From: Nanobdellota archaeon
Lineage (GTDB): Archaea > Aenigmatarchaeota > Aenigmatarchaeia > QMZP01
Length of the DNA stretch: 11,085 nt
NCBI GenBank assembly: GCA_043814765.1
Contig: JBDRJQ010000021.1
Location: 1 to 11,085 of the forward strand
Reading direction: 5' to 3'
The translations under genes and the position numbers were made by a program. Positions 1 to 7,175 of this stretch are shown in pieces. The notes below the pieces were generated by a model that was not told the DNA's origin, ran no database searches, and worked only from the letters and a program-made list of their open reading frames with translations. Numbering within the stretch: position 1 is the first letter of the stretch; the number at the start of each line of letters is the position of its first letter.

Positions 1-476
1 GGATCCATTATATACCAATAACCACTTGCAATCTTTGTCAGAAGCGTGAGCACAGAATTACCAAAATATCTCAGTTGGGGCATTGTTTTTTGAACGTCTT
101 TGTGGAAAAGTCTATTACCTTTAACATAGTCTGCTTCGCCATTGAGCACAGGAGCTATAACTGTTTTCAGATCTTCTGGATGCATTTGTGCATCACCAGC
201 CATTACAGCAGCGACATCAATATTCAATTCTAACGCTTTTTTGTATCCGGAAATTATCGAACCTCCAACCCCTTGATTTTTTTCATGTTCAATAAGAATC
301 ACTTTTTTGTTGGTTTTCATATATTCTTTCACAATCTCTTTTGTTTTATCTTTACTTACATCATCAATCACTATGATTTTATCTACAAAATCAGGCATGG
401 TGGTTATAACTTTACCTATAAATTTTTCCTCATTATACGCAGGAACAACCGCAGCTACGCTTTTTTTATTAAACAT
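1..476 (-). CDS. GT2 family glycosyltransferase, dolichol/polyprenol-phosphate glycosyltransferase (DPM/DPG synthase)-like; 3' end runs off the window
   Basis: Hand translation from ATG at 476 is open to base 1: MFNKKSVAAVVPAYNEEKFIGKVITTMPDFVDKIIVIDDVSKDKTKEIV...HEKNQGVGGSIISGYKKALELNIDVAAVMAGDAQMHPEDL...DYVKGNRLF...MPQLRYFGNSVLTLLTKIASGYWYIMDP. It carries the GT2 motifs PAYNE, IDDxSxDxT, NxGxG, DxQ and VxGxR. An SD-like GAGGGA lies just upstream on the minus strand. Confidence 0.93.
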   Translation of the reverse strand, partial: MFNKKSVAAVVPAYNEEKFIGKVITTMPDFVDKIIVIDDVSKDKTKEIVKEYMKTNKKVILIEHEKNQGVGGSIISGYKKALELNIDVAAVMAGDAQMHPEDLKTVIAPVLNGEADYVKGNRLFHKDVQKTMPQLRYFGNSVLTLLTKIASGYWYIMD

Positions 477-559
477 AATCCCTCTAATCCTTCATATGGA
501 GCTTAATTATTTATAGAAACCGGTATAAGTTTAATAAAATTACTGTTTCAGAGGTTAAT
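477..559. promoter_or_regulatory. Divergent intergenic region, probably holding promoters for the GT2 and radical SAM #1 units
   Basis: 83-bp AT-rich gap between head-to-head start codons. It contains TATA-like TTATTTATA (~507-515) and TTTAATAA (~530-537), plus SD-like GAGGT (551-555) before ATG 560. The exact elements cannot be verified. Confidence 0.45.
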
Positions 560-1933
560 ATGAGGATATTACTATTAAACCCCCCCGCTAAGAAGCTCCA
601 CTCGAGAGACTATTACTGTAGTACATCCAGTAAAGCAGACTACTATTGGCCGCCAACAGATCTTCTAGTTTTGAGTGGATTGCTGAAGAAAGACCATAAG
701 CTTAGTCTTCTTGATGCAAATGTACTTGGGCTCTCGTTTGAAGAAGCAGAAAAAAGAATAAAGGAATTCAGTCCAGACATAATTTTATTTGTAACATCTA
801 CTCCGACATTCAAAAACGACATGTCTTTTGTAAAAAAAGTTAAAGCCGGTACAAAAATAAAGGCCTACGCGAGCGGAAACTATGTTTATTTCATGCCAAA
901 GGAAGCAATGAAAGAATATCCTGAGCTTGATGGAATAATAATGGATTTCACATCAAATGGCGTTGTTGATTTTTTCAAAGGAAAAAAAACTGTGGACATG
1001 GTGTATAGAGATAAAGGTAAGACCATAATAACAGAGAGATCCAAAGATAAAACATTTCAATACCCTGTTCCTATGCACGAATTACTTCCTATAAACAGGT
1101 ACAGACTTCCTCATGCTAAACGGCACCCTGTTACATCCATGCTTACAACTTTTGGATGTCCATTCAATTGCAGTTTCTGTTTCTGTGGAAAAATGCCGAT
1201 AAAACAAAGGCCAACTGAAAACATAATAGAAGAAATGAAACACATACAATCTCTTGGCATAAAGGAGATTTTTTTCAGAGATTATACTTTAACAATGAAC
1301 AAAGACATGACAAAAAAACTTTGCAGAGAGATGATAGATAATAAAATAGACCTAACATGGATAGCTATTACTCGTGCAGATTGCGTTGATAAAGAACTTT
1401 TAATTCTTATGAAAGAAGTCGGTTGCCATACAATACAGTTTGGTGTCGAATCTGGCAGTGATAGAATTTTAGAAAAATACTCAAAGAGAATAAACAAAGA
1501 AAAGATAAAAGAAGTCTACGAGATTTGCAACAAGTTAAAAATAAATACGCTTTCACATTTCATAATAGGTCTTCCCGGAGAAACTAAAGAAGATGTTGAA
1601 GACACAATAAAATTTGCAAAAGAAATAAAGACAGATTACGCATCATTCAATCTATTTGTTCCTATGATAGGTACTCGTGCCAGAGAAGAAGTAATTAAGA
1701 ACGGTTGGTTAAAAAAAGACGACATTTCACTTCTAGACAGTTCTAATGAAGAGCTGCCTGTTGAAACTCCATGGTTAAAAAATAATGATTTAATTAGATT
1801 AAAAAAACAAGCAACCAGGGAATTTTACTTAAGGCCGAGTTATATGTTTAGAATGCTCTATAAAAGAAAATCACCAAAAGAACTTAAAGAATTAATAAAA
1901 AACGGGTACGCCGTAATTAAGAGTGCGATATGA
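560..1933 (+). CDS. Cobalamin-binding radical SAM protein #1 (BchE/HpnJ-like superfamily), 457 aa
   Basis: N-terminal ILLLNPP...WPPxxL...LLDA B12-binding-like Rossmann domain. Radical SAM CxxxCxxC in TTFGCPFNCSFC (1157-1180). Downstream motifs FRDYTL, TRAD, GCHTIQFGVESGS and FIIGLPGET. Confidence 0.92.
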   Translation: MRILLLNPPAKKLHSRDYYCSTSSKADYYWPPTDLLVLSGLLKKDHKLSLLDANVLGLSFEEAEKRIKEFSPDIILFVTSTPTFKNDMSFVKKVKAGTKIKAYASGNYVYFMPKEAMKEYPELDGIIMDFTSNGVVDFFKGKKTVDMVYRDKGKTIITERSKDKTFQYPVPMHELLPINRYRLPHAKRHPVTSMLTTFGCPFNCSFCFCGKMPIKQRPTENIIEEMKHIQSLGIKEIFFRDYTLTMNKDMTKKLCREMIDNKIDLTWIAITRADCVDKELLILMKEVGCHTIQFGVESGSDRILEKYSKRINKEKIKEVYEICNKLKINTLSHFIIGLPGETKEDVEDTIKFAKEIKTDYASFNLFVPMIGTRAREEVIKNGWLKKDDISLLDSSNEELPVETPWLKNNDLIRLKKQATREFYLRPSYMFRMLYKRKSPKELKELIKNGYAVIKSAI

Positions 1934-3153
1934 ATTATGATGTTGCTGTTTTAGGTGCAGGTATTGCTGGTTTGACCGCATGCTTAGAATTGTGCAGAAA
2001 TGGAAAAAAAGTAATTTTAATAGAAAAAGAAAACGATGTTGGAGGTCTTTGCAGAAGTTTTGAATATAAAGACTTTACTTTAGACTACGGTCCTCATCTG
2101 CTCTTTTTACATAGGAAAGAAACATCAGATTTTATACAGAGCTTAAATTTTTCAGATCAGATATACTCTAAAAAATTAAACCACTCTTTGTGGTATAATG
2201 GTAAACTATATGATTATACAAAAAACATGGACAGATTGAGACTGACTTTTCATTTCAAAAGAGTCCCACTATTTCTAGCAAGAATATTTTTATTAAAAAG
2301 GGAACCAAAAGAAAAAAATGCAGAGGAATGGCTCATAAAGAACCTTGGAAGAAAATCTTATGAGAATTTTTTTAAACCAATCCTCTATAAACGTTTCAGA
2401 ATTGATGTTAAGAAATTGAACCCAATAACATTGAATTGGATAATAAAACGCTTTGTTAAGTACGGTTTCAAGGGAGACGAGGCATATGTTAAAGGCGGCA
2501 TGGGCAAGTTTCCTCTTAGAATATCTGAAGAGATAAAAAAACTAGGTGGTGAAATAGCAACAAATACAACTGTAAATAAAATAGCAAAACAAAAAGATTT
2601 TTTTGAAATATCATTTAAAGATAAAAAAATAAAGACCAAAGCTGTTATGTCAGCGATGCCTCCAAAAGACTTTTCATCTATTTCCAATATTAAACTTCCA
2701 GAAATAAAGTACCTACATTCAATGTTTATATTTTTTGGTATAGAAGAAAAAACACTATTCGGTAATTTTGATATAATTTTCCCTGACAAATGTTTCTGGT
2801 TTCAGAGAGTTTATGAACCTACAACAATGTACGAAAAAACATCTAATGGCAGCGTGATTTGCGCTGATAAATATTTTAATGAAATACCAAAAGATACAGA
2901 AAAAGAAAAAGAAAAATGCATAGAAGGAATGAATAGGTTAATACCGAACTTTGAAGAAAAAATAAAATGGTCTTTGGTTGTGCCGTATCAAAATTCTTTT
3001 GCGCTATCAAAGAAGATAGAAAATTTACCGAATGGGTTATTTGTAATTGGACAATCCTCAGTAGAAGAGGAAATATTTCCATCAATAGACGAGTTAATAA
3101 AACGTGCAATTGAAACATCAAAAGAAGTTAACAATTATTTGGAATCACTTTAA
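1930..3153 (+). CDS. FAD/NAD(P)-dependent oxidoreductase of the HemY/amine oxidase/UDP-galactopyranose mutase-like fold, 407 aa; substrate unknown
   Basis: N-terminal dinucleotide-binding VAVLGAGIAGL...IE, then GGLCRS, DYGPH and YVKGGMG. ATGA overlap with the upstream stop codon (1930-1933). Confidence 0.85.
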   Translation: MNYDVAVLGAGIAGLTACLELCRNGKKVILIEKENDVGGLCRSFEYKDFTLDYGPHLLFLHRKETSDFIQSLNFSDQIYSKKLNHSLWYNGKLYDYTKNMDRLRLTFHFKRVPLFLARIFLLKREPKEKNAEEWLIKNLGRKSYENFFKPILYKRFRIDVKKLNPITLNWIIKRFVKYGFKGDEAYVKGGMGKFPLRISEEIKKLGGEIATNTTVNKIAKQKDFFEISFKDKKIKTKAVMSAMPPKDFSSISNIKLPEIKYLHSMFIFFGIEEKTLFGNFDIIFPDKCFWFQRVYEPTTMYEKTSNGSVICADKYFNEIPKDTEKEKEKCIEGMNRLIPNFEEKIKWSLVVPYQNSFALSKKIENLPNGLFVIGQSSVEEEIFPSIDELIKRAIETSKEVNNYLESL

Positions 3154-4581
3154 TTTGAGAACCATTTTCATTCCTTGCCAATTCTTCTTAATATCTTGCG
3201 GACTTCTCATAGCTAGCATCCTTTTCAGTATGTATTTAGGTTTGAGATGGCATCTTCTAAATGCTTCTGATGTTTTGCTGACAAGATAGTCTGCTGTTAA
3301 TCCGTTTGGGACAAAAAGAGGCGCCATTGTATTAAAATCAGACCAATCCTTGTACTTAAACTCACCATATTGTTTTGCTGTTTCCCAGAGCTCTGTTCCC
3401 GGGAAAGGTGTTGTTATGCTGAATTGTGAAAGATCTAAATTCAATGAAGAAGCAAAGTTTATTGTTTTTTCTATTGTTTCCTTTGTTTCTCCTGCATTAC
3501 CTAACATGAAAAACCCGCGAACATACATGTCAAGTTCTTTAGACCACTTAACCGCCTTTTTTACTTGATCAAGAGTTATTCCTTTTTTCATCAGGTTTAA
3601 AATTTCCTGATCACCACTTTCAATGCCATAACTTATGCTCCAGCAGCCCGCTTTTTTCATTAAAGCGAGAAGCTCCTTGTTTACGCTATTAACTCTTCCC
3701 TGGCTTGACCAAACAATGTCCAATTTTTCCTTGATTATGGCGTTGCAAATTTCTTCAACTCGTTTATGATTAACAGTAAACATATCATCATACAGAACCA
3801 ATTCTTTTGCTCTGTGTTTTTCTATGACATGTTTTATTTCTGACATTACATAATCTGTGGAATGAAATCTTGAAGTTTTGCCAAAAATCGCGTTGCTTGC
3901 ACAGAACACGCACCTGAAAGGACAGCCTCTACTTGTTATCATATGAATATGAGGCACTCTCTTATACAGACCTGGTGTGTGCTTGTATAAACTAATATCA
4001 TAAAGTAGGTGTCTTGCTGGAAACGGTATGTTATCTATATCATTCGTTAAGGGTCTTGCATTTGTTTTAACCAGTTTATTACACTTTCTGAATATAATTC
4101 CTGAAACATCATCCAAAGGCTTTTCTCTTTCCATCTGCCTTACTAATTCAAGTAAAGTGAACTCACCTTCTCCTATTACTCCTATATCAAACTCAGGGAA
4201 CTCCTTCATTGTCATCTCTGGAATGACAGAAACATGAGGACCACCAACAATAATTTTTACACCGTTTTCAAAACCCTTTAAATTTTTCGCTATCTTTGCG
4301 GCTGTTTGTATAGTGACAGTTGTAGCTGTTATGCAAACAATGTCTGGTTTTCTTTTTGCTATTTCATTAATCAATCTTTCAAATGACCAGTTATGAATAC
4401 CACAATGAAGCATTGCGTCTATTATTTCTACATTAAATCCGTTCTTTTCTAGCATACCAGCTAAATAACAAAGACCAAGAGGCGGGGTAATTGTTTTAAC
4501 TTCCTTTAGTGCTTCAAAGTCTTTGGAGAATCTTTCTGCATCTGTTATGGGAGGATTTACAAGTACAATTTTCATAGTCAT
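3145..4581 (-). CDS. Cobalamin-binding radical SAM protein #2 (class B methyltransferase-like architecture), 478 aa; alternative start at 4575
   Basis: IVLVNPP...PPLGLCYLAG, canonical GGPH (4234-4245), GEGE, PFPARHL, TSRGCPFRCVFC (CxxxCxxC, 3901-3924), YDDMF, YGIESG and FFMLGNAGET. Confidence 0.95.
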   Translation of the reverse strand: MTMKIVLVNPPITDAERFSKDFEALKEVKTITPPLGLCYLAGMLEKNGFNVEIIDAMLHCGIHNWSFERLINEIAKRKPDIVCITATTVTIQTAAKIAKNLKGFENGVKIIVGGPHVSVIPEMTMKEFPEFDIGVIGEGEFTLLELVRQMEREKPLDDVSGIIFRKCNKLVKTNARPLTNDIDNIPFPARHLLYDISLYKHTPGLYKRVPHIHMITSRGCPFRCVFCASNAIFGKTSRFHSTDYVMSEIKHVIEKHRAKELVLYDDMFTVNHKRVEEICNAIIKEKLDIVWSSQGRVNSVNKELLALMKKAGCWSISYGIESGDQEILNLMKKGITLDQVKKAVKWSKELDMYVRGFFMLGNAGETKETIEKTINFASSLNLDLSQFSITTPFPGTELWETAKQYGEFKYKDWSDFNTMAPLFVPNGLTADYLVSKTSEAFRRCHLKPKYILKRMLAMRSPQDIKKNWQGMKMVLKLK

Positions 4582-4588
4582 CTATTAT

Positions 4589-6289
4589 CTATAATGCGGC
4601 AATTTTAAAAATGAACGTTTTATCTCCTTCTTGATCACCGTTTATCGTTTTTATTAACTCAAATCTGCTGTCTGAGAGAAGATAATCTATATCGTATTTA
4701 AACTGACCAGAAAGCAGTTGCCTTTCGTGTATAACTGCATATTTTGGTACTCCATATTCTATGCCATAACTTTGCCATAATTCTTCTGATGCCCTGTAAG
4801 AGTAATCTCCTACTAAAGCCTTTTCCCAATCTTCTTTCGTGTAGGGAGCGTACATGGAAGTTATGTATCTGTTAGTATCATGCTGTGCGAATTCAAACAT
4901 TTGCATATGACCAAAGGTTGTTATTACAGTTGCTGGGGCTTTCATTTCTTCTGAAAGGAAAACTGCAGCACCACTGAAATCTGTTGTTGTCGGATAAACA
5001 GGATCATCAGGAGCAGGATAGGAAGATATAATTGCCTGATTGAAAGTGAATGTTTGAAACATTGATGCAGCAACAATCAGAATAATTATTAAAACGTATA
5101 ATCCTTTCCATACTTCAGATTTACTCCAATTCTTCATCTCTATCAAACCTTTAACTGTTATTATTGCAACAAAAGGTGCTAGAAGCATCATAAGTCTTGC
5201 GAGGCTGTTTCCCTGTATCTTAACTAAAAACAAATAGAAAAATAACAAAATCGATAAAACTAATATTTTATCGGATTCATTATGTCTCTTTATAACATAG
5301 TATAATCCTATCAAGAATAACGGAACAATAAACCACTGATAAAAAAGAAGCGATGTGTTCAAAAATAATTTTTCAACAGTAGCTGAGGTAAGTGCTGGCA
5401 AGAAAGAATCTAATCCTGCTCCACCAACACTAGGATTGAAATACCAAACCCTGAGATAAATATCAAATAATCCCTGTGAAAGTAACAAACCAAGCTGTAT
5501 CCATAACGGTATTAAAAATATCATAAACAGGGCAAATGATTTTAATATTGATTTTCCGTGCTCCTTTATGCCCTTTATTTTCTTTTCCCATATGAAAACT
5601 ATAACAAAAACCGGTATCATGAAGATCATTAATTGTTTAGACAGTATACCAAAAGCAAGTGAAATAGCAAATAAATATAGATAGAACGTGTCATCTTTCT
5701 TCAAGAATCTTATGAAAAAATATGCTGAAGCCAGCATGAACAACATCAGCATGATATCGATGTAATTTTTAATGGCCACTGTAAAGAAAATAGCATTGAA
5801 AGCAACAAGAAGTACAGCTATTGCTGGAAATATATCCCAATCCTTTTCTTTTTTATCTTCTGTATCATCATTTTCCACATTCTTGATTCCAAAAAACAGT
5901 TTGGATAGTTTATAAACAAAAAACAACACCAATATAGCCTCTATTATTGTGGCTAAATTAGTAGTTAATACTGATACCCCGAAGAATATGTAGATGAAAA
6001 CAGAGAACATTAAATCCATAGGCGGATAGATGAACAGTACTGTGAAATACTTATATCGTGCATGATAGTCTACTGCTCTCTGCTTTAATTCATCAAATGA
6101 AAATGTTGGATTCTTGAACCAGTCCTTAACAAAATTATAAACAAATAGGGACGAGCTTGCGTGATTTGCTTCATCCCAATCACCAAGATTATCAGTTCTG
6201 GTACTGGATAGCATCAGCAATAGAATTAAGAATAGTATTATTACAAAGGTTCTCCTCCTACCGAAAAAACCAATCATAAGAAATAACAT
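4589..6289 (-). CDS. GT-C fold integral membrane glycosyltransferase #1 (ArnT/PMT_2-like), 566 aa; alternative start at 6277
   Basis: Many hydrophobic segments. WDEANH acidic motif in the first external loop (6161-6178), YPP, LAFGILSKQ, RLMMLLAPF, and a C-terminal soluble domain, matching the usual ArnT/GT39-like layout. Confidence 0.85.
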   Translation of the reverse strand: MLFLMIGFFGRRRTFVIILFLILLLMLSSTRTDNLGDWDEANHASSSLFVYNFVKDWFKNPTFSFDELKQRAVDYHARYKYFTVLFIYPPMDLMFSVFIYIFFGVSVLTTNLATIIEAILVLFFVYKLSKLFFGIKNVENDDTEDKKEKDWDIFPAIAVLLVAFNAIFFTVAIKNYIDIMLMLFMLASAYFFIRFLKKDDTFYLYLFAISLAFGILSKQLMIFMIPVFVIVFIWEKKIKGIKEHGKSILKSFALFMIFLIPLWIQLGLLLSQGLFDIYLRVWYFNPSVGGAGLDSFLPALTSATVEKLFLNTSLLFYQWFIVPLFLIGLYYVIKRHNESDKILVLSILLFFYLFLVKIQGNSLARLMMLLAPFVAIITVKGLIEMKNWSKSEVWKGLYVLIIILIVAASMFQTFTFNQAIISSYPAPDDPVYPTTTDFSGAAVFLSEEMKAPATVITTFGHMQMFEFAQHDTNRYITSMYAPYTKEDWEKALVGDYSYRASEELWQSYGIEYGVPKYAVIHERQLLSGQFKYDIDYLLSDSRFELIKTINGDQEGDKTFIFKIAAL

Positions 6290-6313
6290 AAATACAAATT
6301 ATTTATTACTATG

Positions 6314-7135
6314 CTATTCTCTTCTTTTGAACAAAAACCAGTTATTAGCTAAACCTTTTACTGTTTTCATGTTCACTAAATCAAAATCCGGGAATTCCTT
6401 CTTCATAAAATGGTATATTTCTTCTGTTGTTGCAAATTCGTAAGGATATCCTCCAAGCCAATCAGTGACATCTGTTCTGAAATTCATACCCCTCTTTGTC
6501 TTGTAATAGTCTCTTATATGCGAAAATGGGTTTTTCATTTTAACAGTATAAGCAGAAAGATACGCTGTCATGTAAAAAGCTTCAATGAGATATTTTCCTA
6601 AGTTGGACGACCGATTGTACATTTTCTTTATTATCAACCACATGTTGGATCCTAATACACCACCTTTCTTGTTGTATAGCGCTATGTAGTAGTAACCCCC
6701 CCTTTCCACCAATTTAGCTGATTTTCTGATAGCTTCCCACATATTTCCTGTGTGGTGCAAAACACCCCAACTATAAACAATATCAAATTTCCCTAATTTT
6801 GAAACGAATTTATCATCAAGAATAGAACCGTCATGAATAATCCAGTTCTTTGGGTTGTTGGCTACTTTGTACATGTGTTTGCAACACTGTACTGAGAAGG
6901 GATCAACATCAAAACTAACAACGTTTTTAGCTCCTAGTTTATGAGCTGTGTAAGAAAAAAGGCCGCTTCCACATCCAATATCTAAAAAACTCTTTCCCTT
7001 CATATTCTTTATCTTCATAAACTCTTTAAGTGATTTTTCTGCAAAATCAAATCTTTCTTTGTTCAGACTCTTTAGAAACACTTGCCAATTCTTCCCAAAT
7101 GAAAAACTTACTTCCATATCATGCTTAAATACCAT
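6314..7135 (-). CDS. Class I SAM-dependent methyltransferase (UbiG-like fold; probable sugar O-methyltransferase), 273 aa; alternative start at 7117
   Basis: Motif I FLDIGCGSGLFS, post-I SFDVD, motif II FDIVYSWGVLHHTG, N-terminal FSFGKNW and C-terminal DWLGGYPYE. The substrate is inferred from context only. Confidence 0.9.
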   Translation of the reverse strand: MVFKHDMEVSFSFGKNWQVFLKSLNKERFDFAEKSLKEFMKIKNMKGKSFLDIGCGSGLFSYTAHKLGAKNVVSFDVDPFSVQCCKHMYKVANNPKNWIIHDGSILDDKFVSKLGKFDIVYSWGVLHHTGNMWEAIRKSAKLVERGGYYYIALYNKKGGVLGSNMWLIIKKMYNRSSNLGKYLIEAFYMTAYLSAYTVKMKNPFSHIRDYYKTKRGMNFRTDVTDWLGGYPYEFATTEEIYHFMKKEFPDFDLVNMKTVKGLANNWFLFKRRE

Positions 7136-7175
7136 ATTATAATAAAAACTTAATCTCCTAATTCAAATAAAGCCT
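7136..7175. promoter_or_regulatory. 40-bp divergent spacer between the methyltransferase unit and the GT-C #2 unit
   Basis: AT-rich gap between head-to-head ATGs (7135 on -, 7176 on +). Promoters for both blocks must lie in or overlap it. Confidence 0.4.

Noticed and set aside
273..516. ORFs 273..506 and 307..516 (+)
   Set aside because: Antisense shadows of the clear GT2 gene on the minus strand, with no motifs.
1282..4237. Short ORFs 1282..1497, 2385..2789, 2876..3121 (-) and 3104..3289, 3350..3568, 4028..4237 (+)
   Set aside because: All overlap well-supported long CDS, almost entirely antisense, and have shadow-like composition.
560..4581. RiPP cluster interpretation of the radical SAM genes
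   Set aside because: No credible precursor peptide, SPASM cysteine cluster, RRE, peptidase or exporter is visible.
560..7135. Literal bchE, hemY and ubiG assignments for the radical SAM, flavoprotein and methyltransferase genes
   Set aside because: These are fold-level similarities only. There are no tetrapyrrole or quinone pathway genes nearby and the context is purely glycan-related.
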